Of a DNA stretch of 64,000 nucleotides, positions 28,630 through 38,045 are shown one piece after another (the first letter of the stretch is position 1; each line of letters opens with the position of its first letter). The translations under genes were made by a program, and so were the position numbers. The notes beneath the pieces were generated by a model. The model was given only the letters and a program-made list of their open reading frames with translations, searched no databases and was not told the origin of the DNA. Source of the stretch: an uncultured Methanosarcinales archaeon (GTDB lineage Archaea > Nanobdellota > Nanobdellia > Woesearchaeales > JASKKU01); contig CAYQFL010000002.1 of NCBI GenBank assembly GCA_964416905.1, forward strand, positions 12,450 to 76,449, in the 5' to 3' direction.

Positions 28630-30902
28630 CCTGTTACTTTGATGGTTATTGGTTTTTCAACATCAAGTATTCCATTAGAGATGATAACCTTGCCATCAAT
28701 TTCTTCCTCTTTCGATTCTTTCGCTATAAATCCAATGTAACATCTCTCTTTTTCTCCTGGCTCAAGCTCGAACTTTTCTTCAGGTGTGATATAGGAGAAC
28801 TCTTTTAGGTTATCGCTTACATCACAACTATATGTCTGGTTGAATTCACCACAGTTCTCCACTTCAACATTCACAATCTTGCTTTTACCAAATTCGATGT
28901 TTATCCTATCCATGTTTAATATTGCTTTCGTGCAAAAACATTCCTCTTTGTCTTTAATTACAATGTTTGATTTATAGATTCTACTTTCATTTGATTCCTT
29001 TGAGTTTACAATAACACTGCATAAACTCTTTTTACCGCTCGCTTCTAAAGGCACCTCTCCATATAGTTTAATTTTCGCACTCTCTCCAGATTTAAGGAAC
29101 ACTTTCTCAGTTTTAGATTTAATCCAATCAGGGCACAGATATTCGAGTTCGTATTCGCTGTCTTTGGTTCCTTTGTTTGTCAAAATTCCTGTTAATTCAA
29201 TATTCTGATTAGCGCAAGATTCAACATCTTCTAAGGACATTTCAAAGTCATAACAGTTCTGAACATCAACTTCTTTTCTGACTACCTTTTTAATTTCTGG
29301 ATGATTTGCATCTGAAACAACTACTTCAAGGTTTACTTTTCCAATCATTTCAGAAGTATCCAACTCAAGATTTATTTCTCCTTGTTGACCTTTACTTAAT
29401 TGGATGCTGTCTGTTTCACTTGTTAATCCTTTAGGATTAAGTACTTTGATTTGATAAGTCGCATCCACCTCACCGGTATTTTTAATTACGAGAGGTATTG
29501 TTGCTTTCTCACCAGAACACACTTCGTTAACATCCTGTTTTAATGATGCATCTAAACCATAACAATTCTTGACTTTTAGAGTTATGAATGCTTTATCTTC
29601 ACAGTAATCATTCTTTGCTCGAATTATTGACCTATAATCTCCTTCTTTGGTTAAAGGTTTTATTCTTGCCATAAATTGTTTAACTTCGTCCTTTGCCAGC
29701 TTAACTTTATCGAGTTCGGTGGTAAGCCAAGGACTATCGCTTTCAATTTCGAACTCTGAATCCAAACCTGTGTTAAGTACGCTCATAAGGACTGAGATCT
29801 CAGCCTTGGTTCCTGCGCATATCTCAATAGGTGTTGGGCTTGAAATTAGTGAAACTCCACAACAGTTGTTTGCTTTGACTGAACTGTATAACTTTTTGCT
29901 TCCCGCATATTTTGAATTTATTGTGACAATAATATCTTTTTCGCCAAGTTCTTCAGGAGTTACATTAAGTTTAATAACTTTAGATTTCCCGGCTTCAATT
30001 TCTATTTTTGAATCAGTAATTACAACATCATCGCTTTCTATAGTGAACTCCTCATCAATTTTGCCAGTATTCTGTATTGTTAGAAGCAAAGAAGCGCTTT
30101 CTCCTAGACAGACCTCTTGAGGTTCAGTAAGGGTTGCCTCAAAACTAGAACAAGGTTTTGCAGTTATCTTGAAGCTATCCTGTTTAGATATAAAAGCGTC
30201 TTTAGTCTTATAATCTATTTTTACCGTATAATCTCCCGGGTTGTCAAAACCCTCGTGTTCAAAATCAACAGTTTCTTCTTCATCAGGATTTAAAGAAATT
30301 TCTTTTTCTGAAAGTTCGCCTTTTGAGCTATCTAAGATTACACTCTCTTTTAGCTTGCCATCATTTATTACTTTTATCTGACTGGATATGGGTTCATTAA
30401 CACAAGTTTCAATATCATTTACTTTAACTTTTATTGAACGGCAGTTGTTTAATTCATAATCTATCTTAACTCTCTCGGTTTGATTTTCATGATCTCTTAT
30501 TTGAATCTCAAAGTTATAATCGCCAGGTTCTTTGTCGCAAGCAGGCGTTAAAAACACAAGTATGCTTCTACTATCTTTACCATCTATAGTTACTTCCGTT
30601 GGAGCAATAGTAACTTCCTCATCATCTGCGGATAAGTAAAAAGTTTTTTCGCTTAATTCATCATTAATTAAAACCAGTTTATAAGCGCTTGACAAACATT
30701 GACATATTTCGTCAGGTTTTTCACTGACTTCTACGTCTAAAGCGCTAACGGCATTAATAAGTAAGAAAACTAAACTCGTTATTACAACGATATTCAGAAA
30801 TTTTCGAGATTTCATAGAGCCACACCTTGTAGTCATTTTAAAATAACAATTAACAACTCTAAAGGGGTTATGGTTCTTTATAAAATTTTTGATTTTAACC
30901 AT
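28626..30902 (-). CDS. secreted Cys-rich surface protein with about 4-5 CARDB/DUF11-like repeats
   Basis: Signal peptide. Repeated modules C.GE.A...L.I.NTG..D.E..IES (for example CLGESASLLLTIQNTGKIDEEFTIESDD, CAGTKAEISVLMSVLNTGLDSEFEIESDS). Confidence 0.6.
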   Translation of the reverse strand: MVKIKNFIKNHNPFRVVNCYFKMTTRCGSMKSRKFLNIVVITSLVFLLINAVSALDVEVSEKPDEICQCLSSAYKLVLINDELSEKTFYLSADDEEVTIAPTEVTIDGKDSRSILVFLTPACDKEPGDYNFEIQIRDHENQTERVKIDYELNNCRSIKVKVNDIETCVNEPISSQIKVINDGKLKESVILDSSKGELSEKEISLNPDEEETVDFEHEGFDNPGDYTVKIDYKTKDAFISKQDSFKITAKPCSSFEATLTEPQEVCLGESASLLLTIQNTGKIDEEFTIESDDVVITDSKIEIEAGKSKVIKLNVTPEELGEKDIIVTINSKYAGSKKLYSSVKANNCCGVSLISSPTPIEICAGTKAEISVLMSVLNTGLDSEFEIESDSPWLTTELDKVKLAKDEVKQFMARIKPLTKEGDYRSIIRAKNDYCEDKAFITLKVKNCYGLDASLKQDVNEVCSGEKATIPLVIKNTGEVDATYQIKVLNPKGLTSETDSIQLSKGQQGEINLELDTSEMIGKVNLEVVVSDANHPEIKKVVRKEVDVQNCYDFEMSLEDVESCANQNIELTGILTNKGTKDSEYELEYLCPDWIKSKTEKVFLKSGESAKIKLYGEVPLEASGKKSLCSVIVNSKESNESRIYKSNIVIKDKEECFCTKAILNMDRINIEFGKSKIVNVEVENCGEFNQTYSCDVSDNLKEFSYITPEEKFELEPGEKERCYIGFIAKESKEEEIDGKVIISNGILDVEKPITIKVTG

Positions 30903-30963
30903 CGATATTTTCAGAGTTTAATCTCTTTAGACTTTGATGGAAGTATCCATTGTGTTAAGAATC

Positions 30964-31764
30964 CTAAGCAGACAACTTATGTTTTATGGTTGATAATGCG
31001 TTGGAATCTGGTTGTATTAATCCCTTTTGCCAGTCCGAGATTACTTTTTTGGCTGCTCTCATAACATCAATTTCATTACCCTTTACTTTATAATTAAACT
31101 TTTGACCAATCTCTTCAAGAATATCTAATGAATCATCGCTTTTTAATTCATAATGCTCTTTGATTGCATCTTTGATTAATTCAATTAAGGTCAGAGCAAC
31201 ACCTTCTATATCTTTTAGCTTGTTAACATCTTTAGAGCCTAGTAATGCGAGTCTAACTTCATCCTTCTCATTAAACTTAATCACTCCGGGAGAATCAATT
31301 AAATAGATGTTTTTCCTCATTTTAAGCAACTGCTTTCCTTTGGTAAACCCTGAACTTGGAGATGTCAAAACTTTTCCACCTTTTGATAACGAGTTTAATA
31401 AAGAACTTTTACCTGTGTTGGGGTAACCAAAAACACCAACTAAAACAGCCCTATTTTCCTTCTCAATAATCTCTTTGGCTTTACTGATTATGAACTTCTT
31501 TAAAGGCGTCATGTTTTCGCCAGTTTTTGCGGATACAATGAACACAGGATTTAGGTCTTTGACTTGATTCTTTATTTGATTTCTTTTAGAGATATCGGCT
31601 TTGTTTATAACAAAAATCAAAGTTTTACCTTTCTCCAAAACCTTGTTTTCAAGATACTTATTTCTACTTAATTCTACAAGCCTTGGGTCTAACACTTCTA
31701 AAAGAACATCTGCTTCTGAAATTATGTTTAACACTACAGAATTATAATTACTCATTTTCCACAA
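30964..31764 (-). CDS. circularly permuted GTPase (YlqF/RbgA/Nug1-like ribosome-biogenesis GTPase)
   Basis: G4 INKADI precedes G1 GYPNTGKSS. G3 DSPG. Confidence 0.6.
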   Translation of the reverse strand: MWKMSNYNSVVLNIISEADVLLEVLDPRLVELSRNKYLENKVLEKGKTLIFVINKADISKRNQIKNQVKDLNPVFIVSAKTGENMTPLKKFIISKAKEIIEKENRAVLVGVFGYPNTGKSSLLNSLSKGGKVLTSPSSGFTKGKQLLKMRKNIYLIDSPGVIKFNEKDEVRLALLGSKDVNKLKDIEGVALTLIELIKDAIKEHYELKSDDSLDILEEIGQKFNYKVKGNEIDVMRAAKKVISDWQKGLIQPDSNALSTIKHKLSA

Positions 31765-31972
31765 TTTTTATTGCAAGCTCGATATCTTTTTGTTGAATTG
31801 TTTTGTTGCCCGTAACTTTTTTAAGTTCTATGCTTTCGATGATAACTTGCTCGCTTAATTCATTAATTGCTTTTGATAATGTTTGAGCAGCTTCTTTAGA
31901 TATTCTAAACCCTTTCTCATTTACCAACTTTTTTATTGGCAATACCGAAACAGGTTGTTTGTTTTTTGGCAT
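31748..31972 (-). CDS. archaeal histone (HMf-like) with short basic N-terminal tail
   Basis: LPIKKLVNEKGFRISKEAAQTLSKAINELSEQVIIESIELKKVTGNKTIQQKDIELAIK aligns along its whole length with HMfB. N-terminal MPKNKQPV extension. Confidence 0.8.
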   Translation of the reverse strand: MPKNKQPVSVLPIKKLVNEKGFRISKEAAQTLSKAINELSEQVIIESIELKKVTGNKTIQQKDIELAIKIVENE

Positions 31973-31986
31973 TTTGTCTTAAGAAT

Positions 31987-32367
31987 TTAAAATGAACCTA
32001 ACTCATCTACAAAATTAAGGTAACCTCTTCTCCTTAACCATTGCTCTTCGGATTTACGATACTTGTAGACAATATCACCTTTCTCGTCTCCACCAAACTC
32101 CCAAGGTTCTACGATTAGAATATCGCCAGGTCTAACCCATAGTTCTCGTTTTAATCTGCCAGGGATTCTACAAACCCTAACTTTTCCATCAGAACAGATA
32201 ACTCGGCTTCTTGAGCCGCCTAATCTAGATTCTAGAATCCCAAAGACTTGTTTATTACCAGGCAATCTTACTCTGAAAAAGGAGTTTGAATCTTGATTGT
32301 TATTTGATTTCTTTTTTTGCGGTTTCATAAACTCGAGGTGAACTCTCGAATATATAAACATTTCCAT
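31987..32367 (-). CDS. eif1a: translation initiation factor aIF1A. True start probably the internal Met at about 32328.
   Basis: S1-like OB VRLPGNKQVFGILESRLGGSRSRVICSDGKVRVCRIPGRLK..WVRPGDILIV. The first 13 codons of the ORF look like an over-extension. Confidence 0.8.
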   Translation of the reverse strand: MEMFIYSRVHLEFMKPQKKKSNNNQDSNSFFRVRLPGNKQVFGILESRLGGSRSRVICSDGKVRVCRIPGRLKRELWVRPGDILIVEPWEFGGDEKGDIVYKYRKSEEQWLRRRGYLNFVDELGSF

Positions 32368-32397
32368 TATTTTCTTGAAAAAAGAATTATTTTCAAA

Positions 32398-32682
32398 TTA
32401 TTTTTGAATGTGTTTGTTATTCTTGCCTTTTTCTTTAATTATCGCTGTATTTCCACGTATTTCTAAAACCTCAGAATTCGAAAATTTTGTTATGATTTCT
32501 AAAGAACTTCTCATAATCTGTTTTCTATTGCCTTCCAGTGAATTAAGGAAACCCGAAAGGAACTTTAATTTAAGCAACTTCTTTTTTTTGAGTTGAACTT
32601 TAATCTCATTGATTAATGATTCACTAATACCTTTTTTGCCGATCCTGATATCTACAGGTTTCTGCGAAAGATCCATAGTCAA
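32398..32682 (-). CDS. CRM-domain RNA-binding protein (YhbY/CRS1 family)
   Basis: Can be aligned to E. coli YhbY (KPVDIRIGKKGISESLINEIKVQLKKKKLLKLKF / PVVLLGSNGLTEGVLAEIEQALEHHELIKVKI). Confidence 0.65.
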   Translation of the reverse strand: MTMDLSQKPVDIRIGKKGISESLINEIKVQLKKKKLLKLKFLSGFLNSLEGNRKQIMRSSLEIITKFSNSEVLEIRGNTAIIKEKGKNNKHIQK

Positions 32683-32737
32683 ACTAAAGAAAACTTCGTT
32701 TCTTTAAAAGAATTTTCAAAACAATAGTTATAGAACA

Positions 32738-34531
32738 CTAATTTTTGTCATGACCCAACTCTTTTCGCTTGGACAATTCTTCGATATGTTGAAGTTTGTT
32801 GGTAAGTATGAGGTTGGGGTCTTTAATTATTCTTTCAAGAAGTATTGAGGCGTGTTCTCCACCTAAAAAGTGCGGTAAAATGATATAGTCTGCACCTTCT
32901 TCATAGAGCAATAATGCATCATCAATCTGGTTTGCAGTCATAAATACTAATGCTTTACTATTTTTGTTTTTTATCTTAGATAAAAGCAATAAGTTATCTT
33001 CCACTTCCTGGATTGTTGAAATAACAATACTTACGTTTTTGAAGTTGATATTGTCTAAAATTTCGTCTTCAGAAATATCCCCATAAATACAAGGTACGCC
33101 CATTCGTTTTAGCCTATCAATAACATCAGGGTTGTAATCAATTACAAGAACGTCTCTACCTAGTTCACGTATTCTTTTCAACAGACTATAACCTGTTCTG
33201 TTATATCCACAAAGCAAAATCAAACTCTCTTTTTGATTCGCCTCATTAATCACACTTTCCTCTTCTTCTTCAACTTTCTTGTTCCAATCTAGGAACTTTA
33301 TTTTGTTTTTTATTTTATAGAAAATCTTCGTGCCATTTAAACTTAAATAAGAAGATACAATCACTGTTGAGACCATCAGGAAAATTATCATAGAAATGAA
33401 TTCAGAGCTTAGAAAGCCATTTGCATAACCTAGATAAGCAATGATTAAACCAAATTCAGAAATAGGAACCATATTAATTCCAACAAGGAACGAAGTTCTC
33501 CTCTTGTATCCAAAGATGCTAGTAGTTAATGTGTGAACTATAGGTTTTCCAATTACGCTAATAATAAATGCAAGGATGAATATTTTGAAGTATGTTGGAG
33601 AAAGTTTTTCGATTTGGAGCCCTAAGGAAACGAAAAAGATTATTGAAAAGAAATCTCTTATTGGTCTAATTTTACTTGCGATTTCCAGGTTGTATGGCAA
33701 ATTAGCTAAAGAAACCCCTGCTAAAAAAGAACCGATGGAAATAGAAAACCCTGACAAAATAACTCTTGATAAATTTTCACTTACAGCGATTCCAAAAATC
33801 CTGACAAAAAACTCAAAGATATAACCTATCTTTAAAGCCAGTATGCCAAATAAGAAAGCGTAAGATAACGAAATAACAAACAACAATTCTTGATTCCTGG
33901 CAGCGTCATGGAATATATGTTTGTTAACCTTCTTAGAAAAGAAAACAACAATACCTAATAACAACACTATCTTGAGGAATTGTATTAAAAAAATGGTTGG
34001 AGATAACGCATTCAGATTCTCTAACACGGTTAATGCAAATATTGCTACAATGTCTTGTAGAAGGAGGATACCAATTATAATCCTTGCATGGATTGTATCA
34101 ATTTCTTTTTTATCAAACAATTGTTTAACAATAACCATTGTTGACGAAAAGCAAAAGATAACTCCAAAGTAAATTATTTTGGTCCAGTCTTTAGAAAATA
34201 TCGAAAATAGCAATGCGCCCATGATAAATGAGGCAAATGTTGAAATCAAACCACCTAAAATTGCTACCTTCTTTACAGATTTTATTTTATTAAGATTCAA
34301 TTCTAGCCCAACAATAAATAATAGAAAGGCAACCCCGAATTCTGATAATGCTTCCACAAAAGTGCTATCAATTGAGAAATATTGTGATATGAGCAACTTA
34401 AAAATAATACCTGATAATAAATAAGCTATGATCGTTGGTTGCTTTAGCTTTCTGAAGATATATGCCAAGGTAGATGAGAGGATAATAATTGTGCCTATAC
34501 TCAAAAAAACGCCAGTGCTGCCTATACTCAT
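32738..34531 (-). CDS. CPA2-family monovalent cation:proton antiporter (Kef-type) with C-terminal RCK/TrkA-N domain
   Basis: About 12 TM helices followed by Rossmann LILLCGYNRTGYSLLKRIRELGRDVLVID. Confidence 0.75.
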   Translation of the reverse strand: MSIGSTGVFLSIGTIIILSSTLAYIFRKLKQPTIIAYLLSGIIFKLLISQYFSIDSTFVEALSEFGVAFLLFIVGLELNLNKIKSVKKVAILGGLISTFASFIMGALLFSIFSKDWTKIIYFGVIFCFSSTMVIVKQLFDKKEIDTIHARIIIGILLLQDIVAIFALTVLENLNALSPTIFLIQFLKIVLLLGIVVFFSKKVNKHIFHDAARNQELLFVISLSYAFLFGILALKIGYIFEFFVRIFGIAVSENLSRVILSGFSISIGSFLAGVSLANLPYNLEIASKIRPIRDFFSIIFFVSLGLQIEKLSPTYFKIFILAFIISVIGKPIVHTLTTSIFGYKRRTSFLVGINMVPISEFGLIIAYLGYANGFLSSEFISMIIFLMVSTVIVSSYLSLNGTKIFYKIKNKIKFLDWNKKVEEEEESVINEANQKESLILLCGYNRTGYSLLKRIRELGRDVLVIDYNPDVIDRLKRMGVPCIYGDISEDEILDNINFKNVSIVISTIQEVEDNLLLLSKIKNKNSKALVFMTANQIDDALLLYEEGADYIILPHFLGGEHASILLERIIKDPNLILTNKLQHIEELSKRKELGHDKN

Positions 34532-34687
34532 AACACTGCTAGCATGAAATTATACTTTTAAGATTTTGTTGTAATTGTATAGTTGTTCTCTTTTTCAACA
34601 TAGCATAACTCTTTTATTGAAGCAATCCTGATAGTAGAGCTAGTCATAAAATCGAAACATTTAAATATCCATATTTAAAAGTAAAGC

Positions 34688-35260
34688 TTGATGGTTGAAC
34701 AATCTATTTTCAGGGGGGCAATAGAGTCTTTGAATAAGCTTGGCCTGTATGATGTAATCCTACCTTTCTTATTAATATTTACACTTGTTTTCGCAATCCT
34801 TGAGAAAACAAAAATTCTGGGAACAGAAAACATTAATGGTTCAGAAGTGCCTAGAAAAAACTTGAATTCTATGGTCGCTTTCTCAGTAGCTTTGTTTGTT
34901 ATCGCATCATCTAAAGCTGTGGCTCTAATTAGTGAAATTATTGCAAACGTTGTTGTTTTTGTTGTTATTACCTTCTTATATATTTTAATGATTGCAACGG
35001 TCTTTCATCCAAGCGCGGAAGGGAAAGAATTCTCGATACCTAAAGGTGTTAAGTATACAACTATGATTGTTGGTGCTATTGTTTTAGTTATATTCTTTTT
35101 CAGAGCCATAGGCGTTGGTGATGTTGGACCGCATGTTGGTAATTTCTTTAAGGAATATATTTTTACGCCAACAGTCTTGTCATCAATTATACTCTTAGCG
35201 GTTTTAATAATCTCATTGGTTTTCATTGTTAAAGAACCAAAAAGTAAAGGAGGTGGATAA
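34688..35260 (+). CDS. paralog 1 of a tandem membrane-protein triplet (hypothetical, about 4 TM)
   Basis: Conserved motif LGLYDVILPFLLIFTLVFAILEKTKILGTE. Shared with the next two genes. Confidence 0.55.
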   Translation: MMVEQSIFRGAIESLNKLGLYDVILPFLLIFTLVFAILEKTKILGTENINGSEVPRKNLNSMVAFSVALFVIASSKAVALISEIIANVVVFVVITFLYILMIATVFHPSAEGKEFSIPKGVKYTTMIVGAIVLVIFFFRAIGVGDVGPHVGNFFKEYIFTPTVLSSIILLAVLIISLVFIVKEPKSKGGG

Positions 35261-35864
35261 ATTGGATTTTTATGATTTCTTCTGGAGATTAAAGGAAATA
35301 GGTGTTGGTGATGTGTTTATACCTTTCTTGCTTATATTTACATTAATATATTCAATACTTCAAGCTACAAAAGTTCTAGGAGAAAATAGTAAGAGATTTA
35401 ATGTAATTGTAGCTATGTCTATCGCATTGATTGTAGTGATTCCTCATGTTACGGGTGATTATCCTCCTGGAAAAGACATTGTCGTTATTTTGAATCAGGC
35501 AATTCCAGGAGTTGTAGGTGTAGCAATTGCCGTAATAATGTTCTTCATCTTAGTTGGAGCTTTTGGGACAAAACCAAATGTAGCAAATCTTGGAGGGATT
35601 TTTGTAATTCTATCAATAATTGTTGTTTTTGCAATTTTTGGTAATGCTGCAGGGTGGTTTGGTTCAGGTTCAAGTGCATCTTTGCCAAGCTGGCTTAATT
35701 TTTTAAACGACCCAGATGTTGCAACGTTTATTGTGATAATTTTAGTCTTTGGAATCGTATTATGGTTAATTGTTAGAGAGCCAGGACAAAAGAAAAGCAC
35801 AAGAAATTTAGGTACAAGTTTAGCTAACTTTTTCAAGTGGTTCAACAACGAGGGCGGAAAATAA
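35226..35864 (+). CDS. paralog 2 of the tandem membrane-protein triplet
   Basis: IGVGDVFIPFLLIFTLIYSILQATKVLGEN. 35-nt overlap with paralog 1. Confidence 0.55.
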   Translation: MLKNQKVKEVDKLDFYDFFWRLKEIGVGDVFIPFLLIFTLIYSILQATKVLGENSKRFNVIVAMSIALIVVIPHVTGDYPPGKDIVVILNQAIPGVVGVAIAVIMFFILVGAFGTKPNVANLGGIFVILSIIVVFAIFGNAAGWFGSGSSASLPSWLNFLNDPDVATFIVIILVFGIVLWLIVREPGQKKSTRNLGTSLANFFKWFNNEGGK

Positions 35865-35900
35865 TTTTTTGTTTTATAAAATCTTTTTTAACGAATAAAA

Positions 35901-36437
35901 ATGGCATCCTTAATCTCATCATCAGTTTTTAATTTTTTAAATCCGGTATTTGTATTCTTGTTTACTTATGCTTTAGTGTATGCTGTGCTACTCAGATCAA
36001 AAATTTTAGGTGAGCATAAAGGAATCTCTTCGATAATCTCCTTAGTGGTGGCGATTTTTGTTGCGAGTTCATCGAACTATACTCTTATCACTTCAGTTTT
36101 TCCACCCTTTATTTTAGTCTTGCTTTTGTTTGTTTTCTTCTTGTTAATTGGTAACTTTTTAGGTTTGGATTCGAGCAACCTTGTAGAAATTTTTGGTGGG
36201 GAGAAAGGTGCGAGTTGGTTTGTATTCATTATTGTGCTTATTCTCGTTGGTGCAATTATCGGTAATTTTTATGGGGGGAAGCTTTTAGAGATGGGTTCAA
36301 ATGCTAGTGCAGGTAATGAATCTCAATCCGAGTTCCAGCAGAATTTAGTAAAATCTATTTTCAACGAGAATATTCTAGGTGCAATCTTGGTTTTATTAGT
36401 AGCATTTATTGCTATGCGATTTATTTCAGGAACGTAA
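35901..36437 (+). CDS. paralog 3 of the tandem membrane-protein triplet (more divergent)
   Basis: FVFLFTYALVYAVLLRSKILGEH. Same topology. Confidence 0.5.
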   Translation: MASLISSSVFNFLNPVFVFLFTYALVYAVLLRSKILGEHKGISSIISLVVAIFVASSSNYTLITSVFPPFILVLLLFVFFLLIGNFLGLDSSNLVEIFGGEKGASWFVFIIVLILVGAIIGNFYGGKLLEMGSNASAGNESQSEFQQNLVKSIFNENILGAILVLLVAFIAMRFISGT

Positions 36438-36474
36438 TCCATAATTTGGGAAAAAATTATTCTTGATCTTTAAT

Positions 36475-37254
36475 TTATTCTTTCTTAGCCTTATCTATGA
36501 TCTCTTTAAGTTGATGTATCCCTGAAACGAACTCAGGTAACATATCGCCAAAGACCTTCTGTAACGCTTTTAAATCTGTACTAAACTCACTAATGTGAGT
36601 ATCGTAATCTTTTATTTTAGAAAAGATACTATTCCTTAAATCAGACATTTCTTTCTCCAAAACATCCATTCTTTCAGAAATTTTGTTGATACGTTCTTCC
36701 ATTCTATTCTTCCAGTCAACAATCTTTTTGACATTTCCAATTAATTCATCCCATTTCTCTTCAATGATGGTTTCACTGATTTCCTGTACTTTTTCAATTA
36801 ACTCCGGACTTATTTGAGATGATTGTGTTGCAATAACTTCCTGATTAACAAAACTGTTTGTTTGCTCAGATGTTTGATTCTCTAAGCCAGCATTTTCTTG
36901 AACGTTGTTGTTTATTTGTTCCGATGTTTGATTAATTGAATTATTCTCTTCAACATTTGATGCTGTTACTTGCTGTTGATTCACGCTTTGTGGTTGTTTA
37001 ACAGGTGCTTGCGCTTGCTCAATGTTTTCAGTTTTTGGTTGAAGAGGCTCATTAGTTTTACTGCCGGATATCGGCACTTTCATTGACTGTTTCAAATCTA
37101 ATTGAGTTAATGCATCATAAATCTGGCTAGAATTATATCCATTTGAGATTAATGTTTCAACAATTTTATAGTCAGATAAACCTTTTGCCCGCTGTTCAGA
37201 AATATACTTCATTAAAGTGGGCAAGTCCATGATTTTTTGATTACCTTGAGGCAT
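36475..37254 (-). CDS. three-part protein (hypothetical): N-terminal helical motif, Q/N-rich low-complexity linker, C-terminal coiled coil
   Basis: N-terminal MKYISEQRAKGLSDYKIVETLISNGYNSSQIYDAL. Residues about 60-150 Q/N/S/T-rich. C-terminal heptads. Confidence 0.5.
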   Translation of the reverse strand: MPQGNQKIMDLPTLMKYISEQRAKGLSDYKIVETLISNGYNSSQIYDALTQLDLKQSMKVPISGSKTNEPLQPKTENIEQAQAPVKQPQSVNQQQVTASNVEENNSINQTSEQINNNVQENAGLENQTSEQTNSFVNQEVIATQSSQISPELIEKVQEISETIIEEKWDELIGNVKKIVDWKNRMEERINKISERMDVLEKEMSDLRNSIFSKIKDYDTHISEFSTDLKALQKVFGDMLPEFVSGIHQLKEIIDKAKKE

Positions 37255-37258
37255 TTTC

Positions 37259-37720
37259 TTATTTTAAACCTATATCCTTTAAAACTTTTTTCATTTTCAC
37301 GTTTTCTTTCTCATTAACAATTCTCTTTACATCATCAATAGTAGCAAACTTCACAGGGTTCCATAACTCTAAATACTTTTCGATTTTCTTGACTGAACTC
37401 TTATCCGCAGCATTTTTCAAGTTTTCGAGGATTCCAGAAATTGTTTCTTTTAATTCATTTATTTCTTTGGTTAAAAAATGCACCTGTTCACTTATCTTTG
37501 AGATCCTTTGGTTGGTTGTCCTCTCGAAGTTCACAAGGTTTTGTTCAAGCAGCTCAAATTTTCTGGATAATAATGTTTGTTTCTCTTCATTAAGTTTTAG
37601 CCTTCGGCTGATTGTTTCCAGGTTTTGTAATACTAATTGAAAATCAACGTTAGCGTTGTTTTTTGCAGGTTGAGTTTTGTTTTGAGGGTTATTTTCATTA
37701 AAGAGAGTAGGACTATTCAT
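37259..37720 (-). CDS. coiled-coil protein with N/Q-rich N-terminus (hypothetical)
   Basis: Heptad coiled coil LKLNEEKQTLLSRKFELLEQNL...EINELKETISGILENL. Confidence 0.45.
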   Translation of the reverse strand: MNSPTLFNENNPQNKTQPAKNNANVDFQLVLQNLETISRRLKLNEEKQTLLSRKFELLEQNLVNFERTTNQRISKISEQVHFLTKEINELKETISGILENLKNAADKSSVKKIEKYLELWNPVKFATIDDVKRIVNEKENVKMKKVLKDIGLK

Positions 37721-37769
37721 AATTAAAAATCCGTTTTCTATTTTTATAAAATTTTGCTTTTTTATTTTA

Positions 37770-38045
37770 TTGAGGAACAGCTATTATTTTTACTCAAAAA
37801 ATTTAAAAATGAACCTTAAACTAACAAGAACAGGTGGTAATATCTTAGAGCACATCTTAAGAGAGACTCCTGAAAAAATTTGCCCAAGATGCGGTTCTAA
37901 ATCGGTATCAAAGGATTTCCTTTTTTATAACAAGCAGATAATCTACAAAGTTATAGAGTGTCAGGAATGCAATTTTAAATCTCATTTAACCTTGGATTAC
38001 ATCCCTTTTGTTAATGAGAAGATAAAAATCTTTAAGAAACTCTAA
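37770..38045 (+). CDS. small zinc-ribbon protein
   Basis: CPRCG...CQECNF pair. Confidence 0.4.
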   Translation: MRNSYYFYSKNLKMNLKLTRTGGNILEHILRETPEKICPRCGSKSVSKDFLFYNKQIIYKVIECQECNFKSHLTLDYIPFVNEKIKIFKKL

